Source: a virus
Reading direction: 5' to 3' (one strand)
DNA: 64,000 nucleotides
Virus record (IMG/VR): IMGVR_UViG_3300034122_002202
Coordinates: 1 to 64,000 of that record
Part shown: piece after piece, positions 15,721-24,880 of the stretch
Position numbering within the stretch: the stretch's first letter is position 1
Layout: every line of letters begins with the position of its first letter
Made by a program: the position numbers and the translations under genes
The notes under the pieces: model-generated
Seen by the model: only the letters and a program-made list of their open reading frames with translations
The model's database searches: none
Told to the model about the DNA's origin: nothing

Positions 15721-16221
15721 CTAGCTTGCCATCTTTGCGATGGCCTTGGCATGTAAACCGAAAGCACTCCCTTGGCTAATATCCAGTTTGCGAGCAATTT
15801 CATCGAAGTTATATCCCTTCGATCTTAAGGCCAAGATATTGTGTTCTGTAAAGTCGATAATACCAGCATCGTAAGCATCTCGAAGATGGAAAGTTAAAAC
15901 TTCCATTGTATTAGTAGGTCGGCCTTGCAATTCAATATTATTACCATTTTCAGAATCTTCGAACTTGGTAATAGTAACTGTTTTACCTTGACGCTTATTT
16001 GTATTCAAACGCCTATTTTCGTCAATAAGAATATTCTTAAAACAAGGGTATAAAATAGTATTAAACTTATTACCAAGACTAGGGTTGAAAAGTTCATTGG
16101 CCTTGGTAACGGACATAATAGCTAAATCTTCAAAATCGGTATAACCAAGGCGTTTGGCCTTACGGCTTAACTTGTCGATGCTAGCATAAAATAATTCTAC
16201 TGAAATTTTCAATTCGCTCAT
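15721..16221 (-). CDS. phage sigma70-family RNA polymerase sigma factor (regions 2 and 4)
   Basis: DFEDL...A.ELFNPSLGNKFNT...KNILIDENRR (region 2); GYNFDEIARKLDISQGSA HTH (region 4). Confidence 0.8.
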   Translation of the reverse strand: MSELKISVELFYASIDKLSRKAKRLGYTDFEDLAIMSVTKANELFNPSLGNKFNTILYPCFKNILIDENRRLNTNKRQGKTVTITKFEDSENGNNIELQGRPTNTMEVLTFHLRDAYDAGIIDFTEHNILALRSKGYNFDEIARKLDISQGSAFGLHAKAIAKMAS

Positions 16222-16364
16222 GATACTTTTCCTTTTCCTTGTTTGCTATTTGTTGATTCTAAAAAGTAGAATCTAAAAAACAAATAACTTACTACCACTA
16301 TCCTATGGTATTATTCGACATAATCAAGAAAATATTTTAATAAAAATAAAAATAAATAAAGAAT

Positions 16365-16447
16365 TGTCATTATGGCATATGTCGTGTTTTCCGTCTGTCT
16401 ATATGGCAGTCTAGGCACGCCAAAATGGCAGGCATGTCAAAATGGCA
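16365..16447. promoter_or_regulatory. four 13-bp inverted-repeat operators TGYCA-N3-TGGCA in the divergent control region
   Basis: 16365-16377, 16396-16408, 16418-16430, 16435-16447. Confidence 0.6.
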
Positions 16448-16653
16448 GGGGTTTATTCAAAATGTTAAGATAGGTAGAATGGGTAGTTTGAAGCGGGGGG
16501 CGTTGCCACTTACCAAGCCACACTTTCCCCAATGTACTACCAAAGCCATACTTGTTCGCCCCCTAAATGCTTAATCTCACTTGCAATGCGATTGAAACAA
16601 TAGTATCATACATAAGATGTACTAATACAATTTTCGCAGAAAATGGTGATGCC

Positions 16654-16800
16654 ATGAACAAAGATGAGCCAATTGAAGTAGAGACAAGAATTAAGGTGAT
16701 AGCAGGGTGTGTATTACCAGAACCAGAACTGTTAGCCCCAACACCCCCCATTGAACAAGCGTTAGCCAGTATCGAAGAGAACATCATAAAAGATGAATGA
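16654..16800 (+). CDS. 48-aa hypothetical protein
   Basis: ATG 16654 after GGTG; overlaps start of next gene. Confidence 0.5.
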   Translation: MNKDEPIEVETRIKVIAGCVLPEPELLAPTPPIEQALASIEENIIKDE

Positions 16801-17386
16801 TTATCCGCATGGATTAAAGGAGGAAGATGTTATATTAGCTTTGAAGAAAGCAATTAACCTTCTTGCTCCAACATTTACTTTCGGATATTACGATGTGGAA
16901 GACATTAGGCAGGAAGCTTACATATTTGGACTTGAATCTTTATCTCGCTATGACCCATCTCGCCCCTTAGAAAACTTTCTTTATTCGCACATTAAAAACA
17001 GACTTATAAATTTTAAGAGAGACAAGTATCATAGAACAGATCCCCCATGTAAACTATGTCATGATTCAAACAAATGTTCAGATGGCAATTACTGCGAAAA
17101 GTATAAGGCATGGAAGAAAAGGAATTCATCTAAGCAAAATTTAATGCGACCCTTAGATATACAAACAATCTCAGACGATACAGAAAAGAACGCACACGGA
17201 AAACAATCTGTTGTAGATGAGGCGAACATCTCTGAGTGTTCTAATCTAATAGACTTGCACCTTCCTGTTGAACTTCGTTCAATATATCTTAGAATTAAAG
17301 CTGGTGAGTCTGTTCCCAAAATAAAAAAGCAAAGAGTTGAACAAGCAATTAAGGAGATCCTCAATGGCAGGAAAGAAGCTGAATAG
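16793..17386 (+). CDS. sigma70-like (probable late) sigma factor with Cys4 insert and reduced region 4
   Basis: DVEDIRQEAYIFGLESLSRYDPSRPLENFLYSHIKNRLINFKRD (region 2); CKLC...C.....C. Confidence 0.7.
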   Translation: MNDYPHGLKEEDVILALKKAINLLAPTFTFGYYDVEDIRQEAYIFGLESLSRYDPSRPLENFLYSHIKNRLINFKRDKYHRTDPPCKLCHDSNKCSDGNYCEKYKAWKKRNSSKQNLMRPLDIQTISDDTEKNAHGKQSVVDEANISECSNLIDLHLPVELRSIYLRIKAGESVPKIKKQRVEQAIKEILNGRKEAE

Positions 17387-18143
17387 AACTGATCGTGATT
17401 ATATAACTAAGCACCATGAAACTTTATCGTTAGAAGACTTAAGCTCGTTCTTGCTCAAGCCTGTGGTACTAATTGAAGAGTTTGTACAGACACTCAACGA
17501 TGAAAATCATAAAAATTTAAGAAGTAGTAAAGCTTGGAAGCAGCTTAAGCAGGAAATGGATGAGGAAGAGTTAGAATATTTTGAAGAGCAGTATGTAAAG
17601 TACATGGCCCAGTTCAGAGAAGATGTTCTCGTAACTGAGGAAACACAAATATTTTTGGTTATCAAGTTTGAAATAATGATGCATAGGAATGCCAAAAGCA
17701 AAAGAAACTCTGGCAAAGAGATAGCGAAGCTGATTAGAATGCAAGAAGAATACATGAGAAGATTTCCTGATATGCAAGGCATGTCCGAATCTGATCGTGA
17801 ATATGTGCTCGGCTTAGAGACACAGATACAAGCAGCTAAATCTTCTGAACAGGCTAGGTCTACAGAATTTATTAAACTTGAAGAGAAACATCAGGGATTA
17901 CTCAAAGACTTAAAAGCCACTAGAGATCAGCGTATTACTCGTATCGAGTCATCTAAAGAAACATACTTGGCGATTATTAAAAAACTTCAGAATGAGGAAG
18001 AGCGTGACTTAGTGGGTGGTACTATGGAAACCATGAAGCTTGCCACTAAAAAGGAAGAGAAGAAGTTAACTAGCGTTCATACATTTGATGATGGTAGTCA
18101 AGACCTACCAGTTTTAATTCCAAAGGATAAAGACGATGAATAA
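17364..18143 (+). CDS. coiled-coil protein, possible terminase small subunit
   Basis: AAGGAG RBS; N-terminal HTH-like segment, long helices; position upstream of TerL. Confidence 0.4.
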   Translation: MAGKKLNRTDRDYITKHHETLSLEDLSSFLLKPVVLIEEFVQTLNDENHKNLRSSKAWKQLKQEMDEEELEYFEEQYVKYMAQFREDVLVTEETQIFLVIKFEIMMHRNAKSKRNSGKEIAKLIRMQEEYMRRFPDMQGMSESDREYVLGLETQIQAAKSSEQARSTEFIKLEEKHQGLLKDLKATRDQRITRIESSKETYLAIIKKLQNEEERDLVGGTMETMKLATKKEEKKLTSVHTFDDGSQDLPVLIPKDKDDE

Positions 18144-19185
18144 GTTGGCACTAGTGTTTGGGGCGACAGGACAAGATGGTTCGTATCTCTGCGAAAGCCT
18201 TTTGGCAAAAAAGTACAATGTCTTAGCGGTAGCAAGACGGTCGTCAATAGATAATGGAGCAAGGCTTAATGGTTGTTCAGATCACAAAAACTTCACTCTC
18301 TTAAGAGGCGATGTCTGCGATCAATCATTTGTCTTCTCCACTATCTATAAATATACCCCTACGGAAATCTACAATCTGGCAGCACAGAGTCATGTGGGCG
18401 ATTCGTTTACGCAACCGCATCACACGATTGATGTGGATTTGAAGGGAACGCTTAATGTCTTGGAAGGGATTTTGAATTTTTCAAAATCTTCAAGACTATA
18501 TCAGGCATCAACAAGTGAAATGTATGGTTCATGCTTTTCTTATTATATTCCTATTGGTGGAATTAGAAAAGAATCTAAAACTGCTATTAGCAGAGAAGAT
18601 TTTATTAATAAAGATTGTTTTCAAGATGAAGACACTTTAATGGTTCCAAACTCTCCATATGGTGTGGCAAAACTGGCATCCCATAATTTGGTTAAAATTT
18701 ATAGGGAGTCTTATGGCTTGTACGCCTGTTCGGGCATTCTCTTCAATCACGAATCGCCTAGAAGGGGAGAGTTGTTTGTAACTAGGAAGATAACCTCTTG
18801 GATAGGTAAGTATGTTAATAAATTAACTAAAGATAAATTACAACTTGGGAATATAGATTCTCTGCGTGATTGGGGTCATGCAAAGGATTATGTTGAAGCA
18901 ATGCGTTTAATGCTTCAGTTAGACAACCCACAAGACTTTGTTATAGCTACTGGATCTACCTATTCTGTAGAAGATTTTTTAAACAAATCATTTGAAGCTG
19001 CTGGACTTGGCGATTGGGAAAAATATGTCACATTAAACAAGTCACTGAAAAGACCATTTGAGGTTGATGCTCTTCGTGGTGTATCAACAAAGGCAAGGGA
19101 AGTTCTTAAATGGAAACCACACTATAATTTTGATCTCCTTGTAAAAGAGATGGTCGAAAGCGATATCAATGGACATAAAGTATAA
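18136..19185 (+). CDS. gmd: GDP-mannose 4,6-dehydratase
   Basis: GATGQDGSYL, YNLAAQSHV, YQASTSEMYG, SPYGVAK, LFNHESPRRG, RDWGHAKDYV. Confidence 0.95.
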   Translation: MNKLALVFGATGQDGSYLCESLLAKKYNVLAVARRSSIDNGARLNGCSDHKNFTLLRGDVCDQSFVFSTIYKYTPTEIYNLAAQSHVGDSFTQPHHTIDVDLKGTLNVLEGILNFSKSSRLYQASTSEMYGSCFSYYIPIGGIRKESKTAISREDFINKDCFQDEDTLMVPNSPYGVAKLASHNLVKIYRESYGLYACSGILFNHESPRRGELFVTRKITSWIGKYVNKLTKDKLQLGNIDSLRDWGHAKDYVEAMRLMLQLDNPQDFVIATGSTYSVEDFLNKSFEAAGLGDWEKYVTLNKSLKRPFEVDALRGVSTKAREVLKWKPHYNFDLLVKEMVESDINGHKV

Positions 19186-19675
19186 AGTAATCAGAGATAC
19201 GAGAGAGCAAAACGGCTGGACTTTTATGCCAGCAAAAGCTTGTGAAGGAACTGTATCTGGAACACTAAAGACTGGTGATTATTCCATAGAGGGATATCAA
19301 GACATACTGACAATAGAAAGAAAAGGTTCTATTGCAGAACTGGCAACAAATTTAGTTGAAGATAGATTTGAAAGAGAACTAGAAAGAATGCAGTCGTTTA
19401 AATATGCATTTATGATTTTAGAATTCTCTATGGATGACTTAATCAAATACCCAAAAGGAACTGGCATACCATCCTACAAGATGAAGAGCGTAAAGCTTAA
19501 TCCATTTTTCCTATTGAAAAGATTGATAGAAATAGAATTAAAGTATAAGGTTAAAATAATCTTTTGTGAAAATCATGGGCAAACAGTTGCCTCTTCCATA
19601 TTCAAACGAGTAATTGAAAATGAAGGACCAAGAGAAGTTAAAGAGGATAATAGACCGAGCTTGGATGCTTTCTGA
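19169..19675 (+). CDS. ERCC4-domain nuclease
   Basis: DTREQ, LKTGDYSI, IERK, RFERELERM. Confidence 0.85.
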   Translation: MDIKYKVIRDTREQNGWTFMPAKACEGTVSGTLKTGDYSIEGYQDILTIERKGSIAELATNLVEDRFERELERMQSFKYAFMILEFSMDDLIKYPKGTGIPSYKMKSVKLNPFFLLKRLIEIELKYKVKIIFCENHGQTVASSIFKRVIENEGPREVKEDNRPSLDAF

Positions 19676-21749
19676 GCAGGAAATGCTTGCGGTAAATCCT
19701 CTTACAGACATTAATGATATTCAACGAATAGTTGATGTTCCATTAAATACGATCCATCCTCTTAAAAACATTTCTAAAGCAGACATGGAAAGAATGGATA
19801 TATATCTGCTAAAGATAATGAGAAATCCAGACTACTTTCCTTTTACATGCAAGCTTCTGTTTGGAATAGATATATTTCCTTTTCAACACATCATTTTAAA
19901 AGAGCTTTGGAAAAGACCATTCCCAATGATCATCGCTGGTCGTGGTGCAGGGAAAAGTTATATCCTTGCGTTATATTCTATGCTTAGACTTTTGTTTACT
20001 CAAGGATGCAAGATTGCAATCATAGGTAAAGTATTTAGGCAGAGTAAAGTTATATTTGAATACATGGAAGGTCTATGGGCAAATGGGGTTATCTATAGAG
20101 ATATATGTGGTGTTGGCAAAGGTAGAAATAATAGAGATCAAGGTCCAAGACGAGATATAGATAGATGCGAAATGATTGTTGGGGAAAGCGTTGCTATGGC
20201 ATTGCCATTGGGAACAGGTGAAAAGATTAGAGGTCAAAGAGCTAACTATACAGTTTGTGACGAGTTCGCTTCTATTAGAGAAGACATTTATCAAAATGTG
20301 GTAAGGGGTTTCTCTAGCGTATCTTCTAACCCAAGTGAAAAAGTTCATAGGCAAGCAAAAATAAGATTGATGAAACAGCTTGGGGTTTGGACTGATGAAG
20401 ATGAAGCACAGGAAAGCAAGATACTTAGAAGCAATCAAAACATAGTTTCTGGTACAGCATACTACTCGTTTAATCATTTTTATAAAACATGGTTTAACTA
20501 TAAAAGAATTATTGAAAGTAATGGCGACAAAAATTTGTTGGAGCAAATATTTCAAGGCCCAGTTCCAGATGGCTTTGATTGGAGAGATTATTCCATCATA
20601 AGACTGCCTGTGGAAATATTACCGCCAGGTTTTATGGATGCTAAACAAATAACTTCTGCAAGAATAAATAGCACTAAGGCGAATTATCTAATTGAATATG
20701 GTGCTACATTTGCAACTGATTCAGATGGTTTCTTCAAGAGAAGCTTAATTGAATCTTGCGTTTCTGGAAATCCAAGTTCACCAATTGTTTTACCTAGTGG
20801 GGAAGTTTTATTTCATGCTTCTCTTCTTGGCGATTCATCTGTGCAGCATGTTATGGCTATTGATCCAGCATCTGAAAGAGATAATTTTGCAGTAATAATC
20901 TTGGCACTTTATCCAGATCATAGACGAATAGTATATTGCTGGACTACAACTAGATCTTCGTTTAAAGAAAAAATGAAAAGTGGAATTGTAAATGAAAAAG
21001 ACTTTTACAGTTATTGCTGTAGAAAAATAAGAAATTTAGCAAAGATGTTTCCCAATATGGTTCGCATAGCTTTGGATAGTCAAGGTGGAGGTATTGCTAT
21101 TGAGGAAGGACTTCAAGATACGAATAGATTGCAGGATTCAGAAAAAGCAATCTATAAAGTAATTGACCCACTTAAAAGAAAAGACTCAGACGATAAAAGT
21201 GGTGAACATATTTTATCAATGATAAATTTTGCTGATCCAAACTGGGTAGTAGAAGCAAATCATGGATTAAGAAAAGATTTAGAAGACAAGACTTTGCTAT
21301 TTCCATACTTTGACCCAATCTCATTGACTCTTGCACAAGAAGAAGATATGGCAACAGGAAGGGTTAATATGTATGACACCCTAGAAGATTGTGTGATGGA
21401 TATAGAAGAACTAAAAGATGAGCTTTCTAGTATTGTTCATGTTCATACCCCATCGGGTAGAGATAGATGGGATACTCCAGAAAGTAGAGATCCAGATGGT
21501 AAAAAGAGCAGAACAAGAAAAGATAGGTATTCTGCATTGCTTATGGCAAATATGGTAGCTAGAGCATTTCAAAGAATTGAAGTTCAAGATGAATATACTC
21601 ATACTGGTGGGTTTGCTAGGCATGTCGCATCTCAAAATGCAGAGGATAAAGAAATGTATATTGGACCAGAATGGTTCAAAAAAGCTACCAATCATGGTTC
21701 TGGTTATGGTATAGTTGTTCCCACAAGGTGTAATAACACTATAGAGTAA
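19620..21749 (+). CDS. terminase large subunit
   Basis: Walker A GRGAGKS, IRGQR, Walker B VCDEFA, nuclease AIDPAS and KDRYSA. Confidence 0.9.
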   Translation: MKDQEKLKRIIDRAWMLSEQEMLAVNPLTDINDIQRIVDVPLNTIHPLKNISKADMERMDIYLLKIMRNPDYFPFTCKLLFGIDIFPFQHIILKELWKRPFPMIIAGRGAGKSYILALYSMLRLLFTQGCKIAIIGKVFRQSKVIFEYMEGLWANGVIYRDICGVGKGRNNRDQGPRRDIDRCEMIVGESVAMALPLGTGEKIRGQRANYTVCDEFASIREDIYQNVVRGFSSVSSNPSEKVHRQAKIRLMKQLGVWTDEDEAQESKILRSNQNIVSGTAYYSFNHFYKTWFNYKRIIESNGDKNLLEQIFQGPVPDGFDWRDYSIIRLPVEILPPGFMDAKQITSARINSTKANYLIEYGATFATDSDGFFKRSLIESCVSGNPSSPIVLPSGEVLFHASLLGDSSVQHVMAIDPASERDNFAVIILALYPDHRRIVYCWTTTRSSFKEKMKSGIVNEKDFYSYCCRKIRNLAKMFPNMVRIALDSQGGGIAIEEGLQDTNRLQDSEKAIYKVIDPLKRKDSDDKSGEHILSMINFADPNWVVEANHGLRKDLEDKTLLFPYFDPISLTLAQEEDMATGRVNMYDTLEDCVMDIEELKDELSSIVHVHTPSGRDRWDTPESRDPDGKKSRTRKDRYSALLMANMVARAFQRIEVQDEYTHTGGFARHVASQNAEDKEMYIGPEWFKKATNHGSGYGIVVPTRCNNTIE
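21727..21736 (+). promoter_or_regulatory. putative late promoter GGTGTAATAA (portal)
   Basis: Recurrent motif just upstream of structural genes. Confidence 0.6.
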
Positions 21750-21779
21750 TCCGATTGCAATCAGATTAGGGAAAATACA

Positions 21780-23924
21780 ATGTCAAATGATAAAGCAATG
21801 TTTGTAACTTGGGATGAAAATGATCCAGAATCAAAACAAAAAGCATTCGCAAAAGCCAGTCATGCAGACTCATTAAGTAGATCTGTTGCTGGTAATTCTT
21901 TTCAAAATGTTGCCACTAATCATGTTTCAGTTAGGGAATCGTTTGATCGAAGAGACTACGATTTCTTTAGACCAGGCGAGCAGATTCCTTTATTTGATAA
22001 AGACATTATGTTAGCTTGTATGCAAGCTTATGAACGCATTGGCATTGTGCGTAATGTAATAGATATGATGGCAGAATTTGCTTGTCAAGGAATAGAACTT
22101 GTTCATCCAAATGAAAAAATTCAAGATTTTTATCGAGAATGGTTTAAAAAAGTAAATGGGGTAGAAAGAACTGAGCGTATTTTAAATATGCTTTATCGTG
22201 CAGGAAATGTAATTATAAAACGATCCACTGCAAAACTTAAAAACTCAGAAGTTGAAAATTTGCAAAAAGGTTCAGCAGCAGATTTAGTTGTTGAAAAACC
22301 AGTGGCTACAGCTAAGAATGAAATTCCTTGGTCATACACGATTTATAATCCTTGTACTATTGAAGTATATGGAGAAGAGTTAGCACCATTTCTTGGGCCA
22401 AATGCATTTAGATATGGCGTTAGAATTCCAGAAATAATTGCCAAAAAATTAAAGAATCCAAAAGAAGAAATAGAAAAAGAAATGTTGTCTGGAGTACCTA
22501 CATCAAACTTCACCCCAAGTATTGCTGGTGGTAAATCAATTCCATTACCAGCAGATAAAACTGTTGCTATTTACTACAAGCGAGATGATTGGCAAGTTTG
22601 GGCAAAGCCAATGATCTATTGCATCTTAGAAGATTTGTTGATGCTTAAGAAAATGAAGCTTGCAGATCTTGCAGCATTAGATGGTGCGGTTAGTCATATT
22701 CGACTTTGGAAATTAGGCTCTTTAGAACATAGAATATTACCAACAGAAAATGCAATCGGCAGACTTGCAGATATGTTATTGAATAATGTTGGTGGTGGAT
22801 CTATCGATCTTATATGGGGTCCAGAATTAGACTTTAAAGAAACATCTACTGATGTAGCTAAATTTTTAGGTGAAGAAAAGTACAAGCCAATTTTAAATGC
22901 AATTTTTGCAGGTTTGGGTATACCACCATCTTTAACTGGTTTGCCTACTGGTCAAGGCTTTTCAAACAATTACATTAGTCTTAGAACATTAATTGAAAGA
23001 CTAGATTATGGCAGACAATTATTAGCTAGATTTTGGGAAACTGAAATAAAAGTAGTTCAGAAGGCAATGGGATTTAAGTTCCCTGCTCAAGTTGTTTTTG
23101 ATCATCAAACACTACAAGACGAAGCAGCAGAGAAGAGATTGCTTATCGACTTAATTGATAGAGATATTATTAGTGAAGAAGCAATTCAAGAAAGATTTAA
23201 CTTTGTTCCAGAAATTGAAAGTGTTAGAAGAAAAAGAGAGTTTAAGAAAAGGGAAAATGATCAAATGCCTAAGAAGGCTGGCCCTTGGCACAACCCACAA
23301 AGACTAGAAGAAATCAAAAAACTTTGGGCACAAATGGGTGTGCTTACCCCAAAAGATTTTGGGGTTGAAGCCTCTCAAGAAACAGCACCGCCAAAAGTTC
23401 CTCCAATGGGTCAAAATCCAAATCAATCTCAAGATAAACCTATTGGCATTGAAGGGCAAGGAAGACCAGTTGGCGTTAAAGATCAAGAAGTAAGAAAGAA
23501 AAAAGAAATAAAACCAAGGACTGCTGCTGAATTAGTAGAGATAATGTCTTGGGCAGAAGCTGCTCAAAAATCTATATCTGATTTAGTTAATCCAGCTTTT
23601 TTACATTCATCAAAAAAGAAATCTATAAGAGAACTATCTTCTGAAGATTTTAATTCTTTGGAAAAAACAAAGTTCCATATATTATGTAATTTAAGCTATT
23701 TGGAAAAAGTAGATAAGCAAACAATAGCAAAGATTATTAATACAGACATGAAAATTCATGACGATATAAATAAGGTGCTATCTATAGCCACTAAAAATTA
23801 TATTTCTAAAGAAGGAAATCAGCCGAATACGGAAACTAGAAGGAAAATTGAAGCATCATCTGTTGCAATTTATTTTATAGGCAAACAAGATGAAACCAAT
23901 AATTCTGATTACCCTATATCGTAG
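21780..23924 (+). CDS. portal protein
   Basis: Follows TerL; GIVRNVIDMMAEF, I..GLGIP..L pattern; 714 aa with C-terminal extension. Confidence 0.8.
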   Translation: MSNDKAMFVTWDENDPESKQKAFAKASHADSLSRSVAGNSFQNVATNHVSVRESFDRRDYDFFRPGEQIPLFDKDIMLACMQAYERIGIVRNVIDMMAEFACQGIELVHPNEKIQDFYREWFKKVNGVERTERILNMLYRAGNVIIKRSTAKLKNSEVENLQKGSAADLVVEKPVATAKNEIPWSYTIYNPCTIEVYGEELAPFLGPNAFRYGVRIPEIIAKKLKNPKEEIEKEMLSGVPTSNFTPSIAGGKSIPLPADKTVAIYYKRDDWQVWAKPMIYCILEDLLMLKKMKLADLAALDGAVSHIRLWKLGSLEHRILPTENAIGRLADMLLNNVGGGSIDLIWGPELDFKETSTDVAKFLGEEKYKPILNAIFAGLGIPPSLTGLPTGQGFSNNYISLRTLIERLDYGRQLLARFWETEIKVVQKAMGFKFPAQVVFDHQTLQDEAAEKRLLIDLIDRDIISEEAIQERFNFVPEIESVRRKREFKKRENDQMPKKAGPWHNPQRLEEIKKLWAQMGVLTPKDFGVEASQETAPPKVPPMGQNPNQSQDKPIGIEGQGRPVGVKDQEVRKKKEIKPRTAAELVEIMSWAEAAQKSISDLVNPAFLHSSKKKSIRELSSEDFNSLEKTKFHILCNLSYLEKVDKQTIAKIINTDMKIHDDINKVLSIATKNYISKEGNQPNTETRRKIEASSVAIYFIGKQDETNNSDYPIS

Positions 23925-24651
23925 ATATCATGAATTTTGTAATAGCATTGAAAACATAGAAAGATATAAAAAATTTTTCAAGGTTAAGCCAGATATATAT
24001 GTAATATGGTCTTCTCCAGAACATGGAAAGTTTTGGTTGTTTGAAGATTTAATTAAAAAAGATATCATTCAAAAGTTAATTACAAGAAAAGGCTTTCCAA
24101 ACGAAAATGGAAAACTACCAACATCTTTTTTTGAGTCTCATAACATAAGACTAGGATTAGAAACTGTATTCAGAGATCATCCAGATTCATACTGCATAGT
24201 TCAAGCAGCAGATGTAAAAATAACAGAATATGGCTTTAATGTTATAGAAAACGAAATGCTTTCTGGTGCTAGTGCTGTAACTTTTATTTGGAATAATAGA
24301 TATACATCAGATGCTTGGGCAACAAATTGTTTTGCAGTTTCATCTGCCAGAAAATTTTGGCCTCCATTTGTTGAATACGACACAATTGATACTTTAGAAA
24401 GATACTGGTATAAAGAATTTGCTAAAAATAGTAAAAAAGATTATATTACAGTACTTGGAAATCAATCTAATTTTATATTTACTCATGAACATAAAAGCGA
24501 AAAACTTCCAAAATTTTTAGATAAATTTATTAATGAAAAAGAAAGCATGGGGTTGTTTATAAAAGGGCAAAAATCTTTAATTAAAAGAATATATGATTTT
24601 TGGGTGTATTTAATAGGGAGATACTATGCCAAAGATAAAAGTAATATATGA
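23890..24651 (+). CDS. putative GT-A-fold glycosyltransferase-like protein
   Basis: IILITLYRR start, N..LG, QAAD, late LERYW and HEH; weak resemblance only. Confidence 0.4.
   Translation: MKPIILITLYRRYHEFCNSIENIERYKKFFKVKPDIYVIWSSPEHGKFWLFEDLIKKDIIQKLITRKGFPNENGKLPTSFFESHNIRLGLETVFRDHPDSYCIVQAADVKITEYGFNVIENEMLSGASAVTFIWNNRYTSDAWATNCFAVSSARKFWPPFVEYDTIDTLERYWYKEFAKNSKKDYITVLGNQSNFIFTHEHKSEKLPKFLDKFINEKESMGLFIKGQKSLIKRIYDFWVYLIGRYYAKDKSNI
24603..24612 (+). promoter_or_regulatory. putative late promoter GGTGTATTTA
   Basis: Upstream of 24626 and head genes. Confidence 0.6.
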
Positions 24652-24880
24652 TACAGAAACTTCTGATGTAGAAGTATATATGGGCAAAAAGAAAGTTGAC
24701 GATATTTACGCAGTTTTTTTGCATCAAGATATTGAAAATTCATATAAGTTTACATTGCAATTGTTTAGTGTAGACGATGGTATTCTTAAATTTAAGAATG
24801 CAGATGTTGAAAAAGAAATAGATAATGTTTTGTTTTTAAGCAAAATAACAAACTATTTTAATTTAGGAGAAAACAAATGA
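24626..24880 (+). CDS. hypothetical protein
   Basis: GGGAG RBS; ATGA coupling to next gene. Confidence 0.7.
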   Translation: MPKIKVIYDTETSDVEVYMGKKKVDDIYAVFLHQDIENSYKFTLQLFSVDDGILKFKNADVEKEIDNVLFLSKITNYFNLGENK

